A stretch of DNA of 59,489 bases from the NCBI GenBank assembly GCA_944391435.1, contig CALXTP010000084.1:1-59489 (forward strand). The letters run 5' to 3'. Position 1 is the first letter of the stretch, and each line of letters begins with the position of its first letter. This DNA comes from an uncultured Alphaproteobacteria bacterium. Lineage in GTDB: Bacteria; Pseudomonadota; Alphaproteobacteria; RF32; CAG-239. The position numbers and the translations under genes are program-made. Under the pieces are notes generated by a model. That model saw nothing but the letters and a program-made list of their open reading frames with translations. It was not told where the DNA came from and ran no database searches. Positions 32,141 to 41,984 of this stretch are shown one piece after another.

Positions 32141-33559
32141 ATGGAAAAGTATGATTTGATGTCTGATAAAGCCGAGGGTTTTATCAATGCCGGCGAAATA
32201 GCCTTAACGCTATCCACCGCCTTGAAATACGGCAATGACGCCGCCGTTGTCCGGCAGATTTTGGCCAAAGCCCGTGAGAAAAAAGGGTTAAGCCATGCAG
32301 AAGCGGCAGTGTTGCTGTTAAACGAAGATGAAGAAGTCTGGCACGAAATTGCCACCTTGGCCGAAGAGGTAAAAAACGCTTATTACGGCAACCGCGTTGT
32401 TTTGTTTGCGCCGTTGTATCTGAGCAATTATTGCGTCAATGGCTGCACATATTGCCCTTATCACGCGCAGAACAAACACATTTTCCGCAAAAAGATGACC
32501 CAGGAAGAAATCAAAGCGGAAGTCATTGCATTGCAGGATATGGGGCATAAGCGCCTGGCATTGGAAGCCGGAGAACATCCCGTTTATAATCCTTTGGAGT
32601 ATATACTGGAAAGTATAGATACGATTTACGGCATTAAGCACAAATCCGGCGCCATCCGCCGTGTTAATGTCAATATTGCGGCAACCACGGTGGAAGATTA
32701 CCGCCGTCTGCATGCCGCCAAAATCGGAACTTATATTTTGTTCCAGGAAACATACAACAAAGAGGATTATGAAAAGCTGCATCCGCGCGGTCCCAAGTCG
32801 GATTACAAATGGCATACGGAAGCCATGGATCGTGCCATGCAGGCCGGCATAGAAGATGTCGGGCTGGGCGTGTTGTTCGGTCTGCACAATTATGCCTCCG
32901 AATTTGTAGGGCTGTTGATGCATGCGGAACATCTGGAAGCCGTATACGGCGCCGGCCCGCATACCGTCAGCGTTCCCCGGCTGTGTCCTGCCGATGATAT
33001 TGACACGGCAGATTTTGCCAATGCGTTGCCGGATAAGGTTTTCTTAAAAATTATTGCCTTGTTGCGGCTGGCCATACCATATACCGGTATGATAATATCT
33101 ACCCGTGAAGGGCAGCGCATCCGCGAACAGGCGTTGAAGCTGGGAATTTCCCAGATAAGCGGCGGATCCAGAACCAGCGTCGGCGGCTATGCGGCCGAAA
33201 GCGAACCTGAAAAAGACAGTGCGCAGTTTGAAATTTCGGATCGGCGTAGTCTTGACGAAGTCGTGCGCTGGCTGATGGAGCTGGGCTGCGTTCCGAGCTT
33301 TTGCACTTCCTGCTACGGCAACGGGCGCGTCGGGGAAGACTTTATGTCGCTATGCAAAAAGCAGTTGATTCACCGGTACTGCACGCCGAATGCCCTGTTG
33401 ACCTTAAAGGAGTATCTGGACAATTATGCAACGCCGGAAACGGCCGCCGTCGGCGAAAGCCTGCTGGCAAGGGAAATGGCGCTGCTGCCGGAAGTTACCC
33501 GCCGTTTTTTGCAAAAGAGGATATCTTTGTTAAAAGAAAACAAAGTCGTCTTTTTTTAA
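32141..33559 (+). CDS. hydG: [FeFe]-hydrogenase H-cluster radical SAM maturase HydG
   Basis: APLYLSNYCVNGCTYC, IRRVNVNIAA, LFQETY and GPHTVSVPR. The C-terminal PSFCTSCY..C auxiliary-cluster motif distinguishes it from ThiH. Confidence 0.9.
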   Translation: MEKYDLMSDKAEGFINAGEIALTLSTALKYGNDAAVVRQILAKAREKKGLSHAEAAVLLLNEDEEVWHEIATLAEEVKNAYYGNRVVLFAPLYLSNYCVNGCTYCPYHAQNKHIFRKKMTQEEIKAEVIALQDMGHKRLALEAGEHPVYNPLEYILESIDTIYGIKHKSGAIRRVNVNIAATTVEDYRRLHAAKIGTYILFQETYNKEDYEKLHPRGPKSDYKWHTEAMDRAMQAGIEDVGLGVLFGLHNYASEFVGLLMHAEHLEAVYGAGPHTVSVPRLCPADDIDTADFANALPDKVFLKIIALLRLAIPYTGMIISTREGQRIREQALKLGISQISGGSRTSVGGYAAESEPEKDSAQFEISDRRSLDEVVRWLMELGCVPSFCTSCYGNGRVGEDFMSLCKKQLIHRYCTPNALLTLKEYLDNYATPETAAVGESLLAREMALLPEVTRRFLQKRISLLKENKVVFF

Positions 33560-33576
33560 GGCGTCAAACCAAAATG

Positions 33577-33615
33577 AAAAACAGCTGCGGATATAAAATC
33601 TGCGGCTGTTTTTTT
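33577..33615 (+). terminator. Intrinsic terminator after hydG
   Basis: AAAAACAGCTGCGGA..TCTGCGGCTGTTTTTTT. Confidence 0.75.
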
Positions 33616-33829
33616 ATCGCCTTTTTCTTTATGTCTGTATTTTTATATTTCCCGTTTCTTCATCGCCGGGGAAAAGTGTATTTTCGGCCTATCAAAATCC
33701 GCCTCAAAAAAACTCTGTGGCTGCCTCACATACGCCCGCTGCAAAAAAATACTTGACAAAAAAACAAAAAAATGATAGCAATAACCAAATTTAATTAAAA
33801 TTATGTCAAATATATAAATATGTTGGATT

Positions 33830-34633
33830 ATGGATTGGATTATGAAAGGTAGAATTTTTTTCCAAAAATTCCTGTTTTTGATCGGGAAGTTTGGGCCGTT
33901 TGGCGTGCTGTTGGAGTGGTATGTCTCCAAGCACCGTTTGGAAGATGTAATTGTTGATGCGCTGATTAACGATTACAGGGTCAAAATCCTTAGCGGATAC
34001 ATAAAAAAACATTCGCTGTCGTCTTATCAGATAACGAATATTTTGGAACTGTGGAAAGACAAAGAAGCCATTGAGCTGCAAAAGTTCATTGCGGAAGTTT
34101 TAAAACTGTATGCCCTCAATAAAAAGCAGCAGCAGATATTGGTATCCATCAACGATGCCGGCTTTTTTGAAAGCTATTTGTCGCCGAAAGGCTTTTTTGA
34201 TGTTTCCCGTCGTTTCTGGCCGGTAGCGGAAGCTGCATACATCATAAAAACGGTTCAGTCGGGCAAACTGACGGGATTTGAAATTTTTAAGGTCTATGTG
34301 GATAACAACGCCGAAGATTTGATGACGGACGATTTGTTGGCAGAGCTTTTAAAGCATCCGGACAATCTGGCAGTCAGACACATTTTGCAAAAGGTTCGTC
34401 TGACCAAAGAGCAGGAAGAAGCTGTCATTGCCACGGCACCCGAAAATCTGGTGGAATATTTTATAAGCGTCAGGGAGCTGGCATCAGACCAGGCTCAGCT
34501 GTTGCTGGTAGAAAAATATTACCGCCTGTCGCAGCGTTATCAGCAGCTTTATAACGGGTTGCGCTCGCAGGCACAGCAGTTATATCATCAGATGCGGCGG
34601 CAATCGCTTGAAAAAGTGCAGGAAGCCGTGTAA
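33830..34633 (+). CDS. Hypothetical protein (ORFan, 267 aa, helical)
   Basis: Long ORF with TTGACA at about 33753 and a terminator at 34651-34686. Confidence 0.7.
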   Translation: MDWIMKGRIFFQKFLFLIGKFGPFGVLLEWYVSKHRLEDVIVDALINDYRVKILSGYIKKHSLSSYQITNILELWKDKEAIELQKFIAEVLKLYALNKKQQQILVSINDAGFFESYLSPKGFFDVSRRFWPVAEAAYIIKTVQSGKLTGFEIFKVYVDNNAEDLMTDDLLAELLKHPDNLAVRHILQKVRLTKEQEEAVIATAPENLVEYFISVRELASDQAQLLLVEKYYRLSQRYQQLYNGLRSQAQQLYHQMRRQSLEKVQEAV

Positions 34634-34650
34634 TCCGTTGAAATGTTAAC

Positions 34651-34686
34651 AAAAAACTGCTTGCCCCGACCGGCAGGCAGTTTTTT
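34651..34686 (+). terminator. Intrinsic terminator
   Basis: AAAAAACTGCTTGCC..GGCAGGCAGTTTTTT. Confidence 0.75.
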
Positions 34687-34745
34687 GTTGCCATAAAGGA
34701 TAAGGGGTGTAAAATAAACCCAAAAAACGAAAAAAGGAGGAATGT

Positions 34746-35324
34746 ATGGAAAAATTCAAATTGAAAGAAGCAATCATGGCAGAACGCCTGATTCTCTTAA
34801 AACGCTGTCACGAACATGACAGAGACGTATGTCAGGCGATTGAGGAAAGCCGCAGCTTTTTGCGTGAATACCTGTTTTGGGTAGACAAGACAAAAACGCT
34901 TGCTGATGTTGAAAAAGCAACGGAGAAGTTCGCTAAAAAATGGGATGATGACGACGAATGGTGTTATAATCTTTACAGCATTCCGGATAACCGCTTTTTA
35001 GGCTGTATCGGCGTGCATAACATCAGCTTTATGAACCAATCAGCAGAGTTGGGCTATTGGCTGCGCCTTTCTGAAACCGGCAAAGGCTATATGGCCGAAG
35101 CTGTCAAAGCCCTGGAAACAGAGTTGTTTGCCGCCGGAATTCATCGGATTGTCATTTGTTGTGACGTGCACAACTATAATTCGGAAAATGTGGCCCGCCG
35201 TGCCGGTTATCAGCTGGAAAGCACCCAAAAGGAGGCATTGTACCATCATACCGGCCTGCATGATATGGATTTGTTTGTAAAATTCAGCCCGTATCCGGTC
35301 CGCGGTTTTGAGCTCAAAGCCTGA
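34746..35324 (+). CDS. RimJ/RimL-family GNAT N-acetyltransferase
   Basis: SAELGYWL..TGKGYMAEAV and NYNSENVARRAGY; SD AGGAGG. Confidence 0.9.
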   Translation: MEKFKLKEAIMAERLILLKRCHEHDRDVCQAIEESRSFLREYLFWVDKTKTLADVEKATEKFAKKWDDDDEWCYNLYSIPDNRFLGCIGVHNISFMNQSAELGYWLRLSETGKGYMAEAVKALETELFAAGIHRIVICCDVHNYNSENVARRAGYQLESTQKEALYHHTGLHDMDLFVKFSPYPVRGFELKA

Positions 35325-35354
35325 AGCAAAAGCGGCATTTTGTTTGCCAGCAAC

Positions 35355-35395
35355 AAAAAAACAGTCTTCTCTTGCGGGAGAAGGCTGTTTTTTTT
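35355..35395. terminator. Bidirectional intrinsic terminator
   Basis: A7-CAGTCTTCTC..GAGAAGGCTG-T9 between convergent genes. Confidence 0.8.
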
Positions 35396-35514
35396 ATAAT
35401 TCTTCATACGGCAGCCCGCCAAAATAATGAGCCGGCGTATGTAAGGAGGACAAAACGCGGCCAACCGCGCCATTTGCCGAGACCAAGCCTCATATCTTGT
35501 TGATACGGAGCCCT

Positions 35515-35949
35515 CTAGTGGGAAACGACGGTTTCGCCGAAATTATTGATAAGGGTCTCTTTGCTGACGCAGGCCGTAGAATTAATCCCCGCCGCGGAAA
35601 AGACAAAGTTCCCGTTATCATATTTGACGACTGCCGGCACAAAAGTCCGAATACCGCCAAAAGCCTGAACCTGCTTGTTTTGCTTAATGCCTTGCACCAG
35701 GTCAATGTAGTCTGATGAATTGGCAATCAACACGGCCGGGGTCAGGTCAATACCGTCTTCGCCGTCCGGTGTTTCTGCAATAACAAACGAAAGCCCTTGT
35801 TGTGGCAGGTTAAAATGTCTGGCCAACATTTTCAGGGCAATGTACGGAGACACGTTTTGCAACTGGCTTTTACGCGCATTTTTTACTTTTTTTGCTTTGC
35901 TGGCAGCAGCGTTTGCATCGCTCTGTCCAAAAAATTTTTTTTGTTTCAT
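35515..35949 (-). CDS. Hypothetical protein (ORFan, 144 aa; possibly frameshift-truncated, original end at 35394)
   Basis: ORF with an AT-rich leader. A protein-like tail continues in other frames to the terminator. Confidence 0.55.
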   Translation of the reverse strand: MKQKKFFGQSDANAAASKAKKVKNARKSQLQNVSPYIALKMLARHFNLPQQGLSFVIAETPDGEDGIDLTPAVLIANSSDYIDLVQGIKQNKQVQAFGGIRTFVPAVVKYDNGNFVFSAAGINSTACVSKETLINNFGETVVSH

Positions 35950-36064
35950 AAAACTTTAAGTTTTAATAATTTAACATAAAATTATCAATGCAAGTTGCGT
36001 TATACCATAAAAAAAATATTTTTGCAATAAAATATTTTCTTTTTGTCTAAAGTTTTTGCGATAC

Positions 36065-36095
36065 AAAAAAAACAGCCTCGGCAGGGAGGCTGTTT
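36065..36095 (-). terminator. Terminator of proS
   Basis: AAACAGCCTC..GAGGCTGTTT stem with a T-run on the minus strand. Confidence 0.7.
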
Positions 36096-36117
36096 GCAAT
36101 TTGTTTGTACCCGCAAA

Positions 36118-37641
36118 TCAATATGACCGCGCGTAGATAACATCAAGCGTCGCGCCTTTCTTTCCGGAAAGCAGGCATTCGCCCTCGCTGCCGCTCTGGT
36201 CAAACGGGATGCAGCGGATGGTCAGCCGCATTTCCTTGAGCTTATCAAGCGTCGCTTCATCGCCGCACCATTTGCCGCGAACGAATGCAACTTTCGGGGC
36301 TTTGCCGCCGTTGTCAAGGTAAACGTTGGAATGGGCAAAATAAGCTTCAAATTCGGCAGCCGTTTTGATATCTGTAACGATATTGCCGTTCAGGCGTTCG
36401 GAAGCGCGGGCAAACATTTCTTCCTGAATGTTCTGCAGTTTATCGCTGGCAGAAGCTGCAAAAGTATCCGCGTCTTCAAAGTTCTTCCAGCCTTCGCCGT
36501 TAATCCGGATGCGGTTGCGGAACATGACAGCATTTTTTTCTAAATCTCTGGCACCGACTTCCACAATCAGCGGAGCGCCTTTGCGCGTCCATTCCCACAT
36601 CTTGTCAACCGCTTCTTTCGGGCGGTCGTCCAATTTGACCCGCACCTTTTCGCCGGCAAAAAACTTGGCTTTAAGGCTATCGCGCAGCTTTTCGGCATAC
36701 GCCGTAATCTCAGCCCCTTTGCTCTTGTCTTTGATAATCGGGATAATCACAATCTGATACGGAGCCAGTTTCGGCGGCACGCACATACCTTCATCGTCGG
36801 CGTGTGTCATGATTAGCCCGCCGATAAGCCGGGTGGAAACGCCCCACGACGTCGTATAGGCATATTCCGATTCGTTATCGGAATTGATAAATTTGATGTC
36901 GGCCGATTTGGCAAAGTTCTGCCCGAGGAAATGCGATGTGCCGGCCTGCAGCGAACGTCCGTCCTGCATCATGGCTTCAATGCAATAAGTCGTAACCGCG
37001 CCCGGGAATTTGTCATATTCGGGCTTTTTGCCTTTAATAACCGGCATGGCCATATCGTTGACGCACAAATCTTCATAAACGCCGAGCATTGTTTCGGCTT
37101 CTTTTTCCGCTTCTTCAAAAGTGGCGTGCGCGGTGTGCCCTTCCTGCCACAGGAATTCGCGGGTGCGCAAAAACAGGCGCGGGCGCATTTCCCAACGCAC
37201 GACGTTCGCCCATTGGTTAATCAAAACCGGCAGATCGCGGTAAGAATGAACCCATTTGGCAAAAGAGTCGGCAATAATCGTTTCGGATGTCGGGCGCACG
37301 ATAAGCGGTTCGTCCAACGGGCTGGCTGGCACCAGTTTGCCGTCCTGCGCGCTGAGCCGCGAGTGGGTAACAATCGCCATTTCTTTGGCAAAGCCTTCTA
37401 CATGTTCGGCTTCTTTCTGAAAAAAACTGAGCGGGATAAAAAGCGGGAAATAGCAGTTTTCATGATTTGTTTCTTTTATTTTTTCATCCAGCAGGCGTTG
37501 GATTCTTTCCCAAATGCCATAGCCCCACGGCTTGATAACCATGCAGCCCGGCGAAACCGACACTTCGGCCATGTCCGCCGCGGCGACAACATTTTGATAC
37601 CAGTCCGGATAGCTGTTTTCTCGCAAATTTTTCAGTGCCAT
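36118..37641 (-). CDS. proS: Prolyl-tRNA synthetase, archaeal/eukaryotic type
   Basis: RPTSET, QWANVVRWEMRPRLFLRTREFLWQEGHT, QAGTSHFLGQNF and C-terminal ARSY; no INS editing domain. Confidence 0.96.
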   Translation of the reverse strand: MALKNLRENSYPDWYQNVVAAADMAEVSVSPGCMVIKPWGYGIWERIQRLLDEKIKETNHENCYFPLFIPLSFFQKEAEHVEGFAKEMAIVTHSRLSAQDGKLVPASPLDEPLIVRPTSETIIADSFAKWVHSYRDLPVLINQWANVVRWEMRPRLFLRTREFLWQEGHTAHATFEEAEKEAETMLGVYEDLCVNDMAMPVIKGKKPEYDKFPGAVTTYCIEAMMQDGRSLQAGTSHFLGQNFAKSADIKFINSDNESEYAYTTSWGVSTRLIGGLIMTHADDEGMCVPPKLAPYQIVIIPIIKDKSKGAEITAYAEKLRDSLKAKFFAGEKVRVKLDDRPKEAVDKMWEWTRKGAPLIVEVGARDLEKNAVMFRNRIRINGEGWKNFEDADTFAASASDKLQNIQEEMFARASERLNGNIVTDIKTAAEFEAYFAHSNVYLDNGGKAPKVAFVRGKWCGDEATLDKLKEMRLTIRCIPFDQSGSEGECLLSGKKGATLDVIYARSY

Positions 37642-37833
37642 AATTAAAAATCCTTTTTTATGCAATGAGTATTAAACCTTTGCCAGTTAATACCGAAAAA
37701 AAAGCGCTGTCAAGAAAAGATGTGTGAAAAGGTGGCATGTTTAAGATTTTTTAACCGTTTGCGCCTAAAATTCATCCATATGGGCGGCCCGGGCGCCGCA
37801 TTACGAAAGAATTTTACGGGAGAAAATAAAAAA

Positions 37834-38208
37834 ATGAAACGCTTGATGACAATATTGGTACTGGCAGTCGTTGTGGTGCTGGGCGGCTGTAAAGACAACG
37901 TTTCCGAAACCTCAAACCGCATATATGTTTTTTCGCAGCCCGGCTGCATCCATTGCGAACACGCCCGCGAATACATAAACCGCTATTATCGCAACTATGA
38001 TGTCAAAGAGATGAACATTCGCGAGGGCAACAACATGGGCTATCTTGTTCGCTATGCCAAAAAGTTCAAAGTGCCGGAACAAACGCTCGGTACGCCGTTT
38101 ATCGTTATGGGCGACCATTATGTCATGGGCTGGGGCAATCAGCAGTCCAAGGATTTTAACCGCTACGCCAAGGCATTTAAGCCGCTTGCGCCTGCAGCAA
38201 AAAAATAA
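37834..38208 (+). CDS. Glutaredoxin/thioredoxin-fold lipoprotein
   Basis: Lipobox LGGC, CIHC active site and GTP cis-Pro loop. Confidence 0.8.
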   Translation: MKRLMTILVLAVVVVLGGCKDNVSETSNRIYVFSQPGCIHCEHAREYINRYYRNYDVKEMNIREGNNMGYLVRYAKKFKVPEQTLGTPFIVMGDHYVMGWGNQQSKDFNRYAKAFKPLAPAAKK

Positions 38209-38289
38209 GCCGGTTCATCGGAAAGCTCTAAGGTGGCATTTTGCCTTTCTGCAAAAAAAACATTTTGTCCTGCCGCAAAAAAAATAAGT

Positions 38290-38316
38290 AAAAAAGCCCC
38301 TCAAGCGGGGCTTTTT
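38290..38316 (+). terminator. Intrinsic terminator
   Basis: AAAAAAGCCCC..GGGGCTTTTT. Confidence 0.75.
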
Positions 38317-38448
38317 GCTGAAATTAAACGTTCTTTTATAATCACAGATTTTCAAAAAAAATATAGTGTAAAAATAGCTTTTTTGCATGACAAAAAGTTA
38401 TTTTGGCTGTAAAAACTAAAAAAATATTTATTTTCAGCAGGAAAAAAG

Positions 38449-39324
38449 ATGAAAACCACCGAACAAAAGCCGCAGGTTTCCGTGCTGGTGCCGGTATATA
38501 AGCCGCGCCCGGAATATCTGTGCGAATGTATTGAGAGCATCCTTTCGCAGACTTTTAAAGATTTTGAGTTGTTGCTGCTGGACGATTGCCCCGCAGACCA
38601 AACCGCCGAACAGCTTATCAGGGGATATGATGACCCGCGGATAAAATATGTGCGCAACCAGGTTAACCTCGGCATTTCCGCCTCCCGCAACAAGCTGATA
38701 GATATGGCGCAGGGCGAATATCTCGCCGTGATGGACCATGATGATATTTCCCTGCCGGACCGCCTGGCAAAACAGGTGGCGTATATGGATGCACATCCGG
38801 AGGTGGGTGTCATCAGCGGCCAGGTTTTGAAAATCCCCCAAAATAAGCCGTCTCAGAATCCCATAACCAACCATGACATAAAGCTGGCCTTGATGACGGT
38901 GTGCGTTTTATCCCACCCGGCTTCAATGATAAGAAAAAGCGTTTTGGCCGCGCACAACATCCGTTATGAAGAAGAATTCAGCCCGGCGGAGGATTACGCC
39001 CTGTGGTGCCGCCTGCTGCCGCATACGGATTTTTATAACCTGCCGGACGTGGTTTTAAAATACCGCTGGCACGAAAGCAACACCAGCAAAGTTCAAAACA
39101 GCCGTATGTCAAAGGAAGCCATAGCCGTCCGGGCGTTTGTCCAAACGGAAAATCCCGCGCTTTATAATGAATTTAAGAGCCGTGCCAAATATGAATGCGT
39201 CATCCGCCTGTTCGGTTTTATTCCGCTGTTGAAAATAACCCGGTGCAATACCCGCCTCAGCGTCAGCCTATTTTCCGCCATCCCCCTGTTTAGCTGCAAA
39301 TCGTCGTTTAAGTTGAAAGGATAG
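38449..39324 (+). CDS. GT2 family glycosyltransferase
   Basis: VSVLVPVY, LLDDC, MDHDD and AEDY. Confidence 0.93.
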   Translation: MKTTEQKPQVSVLVPVYKPRPEYLCECIESILSQTFKDFELLLLDDCPADQTAEQLIRGYDDPRIKYVRNQVNLGISASRNKLIDMAQGEYLAVMDHDDISLPDRLAKQVAYMDAHPEVGVISGQVLKIPQNKPSQNPITNHDIKLALMTVCVLSHPASMIRKSVLAAHNIRYEEEFSPAEDYALWCRLLPHTDFYNLPDVVLKYRWHESNTSKVQNSRMSKEAIAVRAFVQTENPALYNEFKSRAKYECVIRLFGFIPLLKITRCNTRLSVSLFSAIPLFSCKSSFKLKG

Positions 39325-39328
39325 GGGA

Positions 39329-40081
39329 ATGCCGGTCATATCCGTCATTATTTCCTGTTACAATCAGGAGGGATACATTGCCGAATGTCTGGATTCCGTT
39401 TTGGCACAAACATTTAAAGATTACGAAGTTATTGTTGTTAACGATGGTTCAACCGATAATTCGCTGCGGGTGATAAATCCTTATATCCGAAAATATCATA
39501 ATTTTAAATTGATAAATCAAAAGAATACAGGGGTTTGTACTGCCCGCAACAATGGTATAGCGCAAGCTTGCGGAAAATACATATACCCGTTAGACGGCGA
39601 TGACATAATTTCTGCCGATATGTTGGAAAAGTCTTTTAATGCAATAGAAAGCGGGCTTGGCGATATTATAACAACCCGCGTTATGTTGTTTGGGAAAACC
39701 GTGGAAAAGGAATTGGTACTGCGCGAAACGGATAAATATAACCTTGCCGCGTCAAACTGCCTGGTTAATGCAGCTCTGTTTCGCAAAACGGATTTTGATG
39801 CCGTTCGCGGATATGACCAAAAATTTAACAAAGGGTTGGAAGATTATGATTTGTGGCTGAATATGGTTTTCCGGCGTGGTTTGAAGATTTATCGTATTCC
39901 GGAAATATTGTTCCGTTATCGGATAAAAAATGAAAAAGAATCCCGCAATTTAAAACAGATAAAATATGCCAAAGCTCTGCGCCGTACATTGGAGAGGAAA
40001 TATCCCGAAATGAAGTTATATAAAATAGGCTGGAAATTAAGAAAGGTATTTCGGCGTATTTTTCATAAAAAGAAACCATAA
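39329..40081 (+). CDS. GT2 family glycosyltransferase (AT-rich)
   Basis: ISVIISCYN, VNDGSTD, LDGDD and EDYDLW. Confidence 0.93.
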   Translation: MPVISVIISCYNQEGYIAECLDSVLAQTFKDYEVIVVNDGSTDNSLRVINPYIRKYHNFKLINQKNTGVCTARNNGIAQACGKYIYPLDGDDIISADMLEKSFNAIESGLGDIITTRVMLFGKTVEKELVLRETDKYNLAASNCLVNAALFRKTDFDAVRGYDQKFNKGLEDYDLWLNMVFRRGLKIYRIPEILFRYRIKNEKESRNLKQIKYAKALRRTLERKYPEMKLYKIGWKLRKVFRRIFHKKKP

Positions 40082-40119
40082 AAACATAGCCTTCCCACAC
40101 GCATAGTAAAAACATCTCC

Positions 40120-40150
40120 AAAAAAAAGCCTGCCGGATTGTCCGGCAGGC
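40120..40150 (-). terminator. Terminator of the rubrerythrin gene
   Basis: GCCTGCCGGA..TCCGGCAGGC with T8 on the minus strand. Confidence 0.75.
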
Positions 40151-40181
40151 ACTGTTTTAAGCATAAACGTCCGGCAAAGCC

Positions 40182-40721
40182 TTATTTGTTGAAATAGCGT
40201 TTCAGCAGGCCGTCAAAACCTCTGCCGTGGCGGGCTTCGTCTTTGGCCATTTCATGAATGCTGTCATGCACGGCATCATAGCCGAGTTCTTTGGCAAGCG
40301 TGGCAATTTTCTTTTTGCCGTCGCAGGCGCCGAATTCGGCTGCAGCGCGCATTTCAACGTTTTTCTCCGTAGAGTCGGTAACCACTTCGCCCAGCATTTC
40401 GGCAATGCGCGCGGCATGGTCGGCTTCTTCAAAAGCATAGCGTTTAAAGGCTTCGGCAATTTCCGGATAGCCCTCGCGGTCAGCCTGGCGGCTCATGGCC
40501 AGATACATGCCGACTTCGCTGCATTCGCCGGTAAAGTGCTCGCGCAAGCCCGCGACAATACGCTCGTCCAGCCCTTTGGCCACGCCGATTCTGTGCTCAT
40601 CGGCATAAGCCTTGTTTTCTTCATCCATAACCTTAAAAGTTTTGGCGCCGCAAACCGGGCAGACTTCCGGCATCGTATCGCTTTCAATAACCTGTCCGCA
40701 GACTGTGCAAATATATTTCAT
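40182..40721 (-). CDS. Reverse rubrerythrin / NADH peroxidase
   Basis: N-terminal rubredoxin CTVC..CPVC, then a ferritin-like domain with EEADH and DEARH di-iron ligands. Confidence 0.92.
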   Translation of the reverse strand: MKYICTVCGQVIESDTMPEVCPVCGAKTFKVMDEENKAYADEHRIGVAKGLDERIVAGLREHFTGECSEVGMYLAMSRQADREGYPEIAEAFKRYAFEEADHAARIAEMLGEVVTDSTEKNVEMRAAAEFGACDGKKKIATLAKELGYDAVHDSIHEMAKDEARHGRGFDGLLKRYFNK

Positions 40722-40969
40722 TGTTAGTCCCTTCTTTCTAAATTTTATCAAACCACCGTATATTTAGGGAGCAAAGCGGCGAATGTCAAACACTAAAAGC
40801 TGTGTAAATAAAAAAGTTTTGTCTTGAGAGTAGGGCAAAATCCATATAGATTGAGCATAAAGCTCTGATTTGAGGCTGGGAATGCCGCAGCCGAGAGAAG
40901 GCGCTGCCGTCTTTGGTGGAAAATTAAAGGCACGCCCGGGGGCAAAACGGAAATTATAGGGAGATAAAG

Positions 40970-41983
40970 ATGAGTGACAAGACGATGAAGATTATTCTTT
41001 CGGTTTTGACAGTTGTGCTTCTGGCGTTGATTGTCGGGCTGGTTGCGTTAAAAGGAAGTTCGTCAAAAGCGGATTTAAATAAGCTGGCGCTTCGTATCGG
41101 CGAGCTTCGCCAATACCGCACCATGGAGCGTGCGGACGTCAATTCGGCGATGGAAAAAGCCTTTGCCCGCGTCGGATATAATGTCGTTACGGCAACCGAA
41201 GACAATTTATATCCGGATTCGGCCGCTGATGCCGGCGTAAACCTTTATATTCGCGGCTATGGTCCTTTTAACGAGGTCAAGACCAACAAAAAGGCCGTAA
41301 ATATTGTGTATATCCGCAGTTATGATTCCTTGTTTGAAGAAGAACTGAAAGTTTTTGACGGCGTGGCCACATCGTCTCACGACTTCTATAATTATTTGCT
41401 TGGCGCGGGCTATGCAACCGCATACATTCCGGAGCTGACTGATCCGGCCGTGTTCTATCCGGCACCGGATCCCAAGCTTGCGCGCAATTTGCTTTATGTC
41501 GGCGATAACGAGCGTCCGAGCCCGGCGATTGCCGCTGCGGTGGAAGCCAAGCTCCCGTTGGAAATTTACGGGCGCTTCTGGAATGGCAACATAGATGAAA
41601 ATTTCATCAAAGGTGAATATATCCATGACAATGACCTGGGTGCATATTTCTCGTCGGCCAAAATCAATTTGGTCAATGTCAGCGAGCAGGAAGCCCAGTT
41701 CGGCATTATCCCTTCACGCGTTTATGACATTGCCGCCAGCAAGGGATTTATGATTGCACCGTATAACAAAGAGATTGAAGCTGTCTTTGGCGATGCTGTC
41801 CCGATGTTTAAAAACGCAGATGAGCTGAAGGCTTTGTACGACAAATATATCAACGATGACAAGGCCCGTGCCGAAAAAGCCGAAAAGGCATACAAGATTG
41901 CCGTATCGGAATACAACGCGGATATGTTCGTGCAGCGCATGAACGGCCTGGTAGAGTTTTTGATTAACGAAAAGAAACTCTGA
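40970..41983 (+). CDS. CgeB/Glyco_trans_1_2-like glycosyltransferase with an N-terminal TM anchor
   Basis: TDPAVFYP, LEIYGRFW, YFSSAKINL and SRVYDIAAS. Confidence 0.75.
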   Translation: MSDKTMKIILSVLTVVLLALIVGLVALKGSSSKADLNKLALRIGELRQYRTMERADVNSAMEKAFARVGYNVVTATEDNLYPDSAADAGVNLYIRGYGPFNEVKTNKKAVNIVYIRSYDSLFEEELKVFDGVATSSHDFYNYLLGAGYATAYIPELTDPAVFYPAPDPKLARNLLYVGDNERPSPAIAAAVEAKLPLEIYGRFWNGNIDENFIKGEYIHDNDLGAYFSSAKINLVNVSEQEAQFGIIPSRVYDIAASKGFMIAPYNKEIEAVFGDAVPMFKNADELKALYDKYINDDKARAEKAEKAYKIAVSEYNADMFVQRMNGLVEFLINEKKL

Positions 41984-41984
41984 A

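Noticed and set aside
32141-33559. ThiH annotation
   Set aside because: The length and the C-terminal CxxC..C cluster motif indicate HydG, and there are no thi genes nearby.
37741-37755. Additional CtrA boxes (37741 with N6 spacing; 1533 and 22851 with one mismatch each)
   Set aside because: Imperfect matches in AT-rich DNA are expected by chance.
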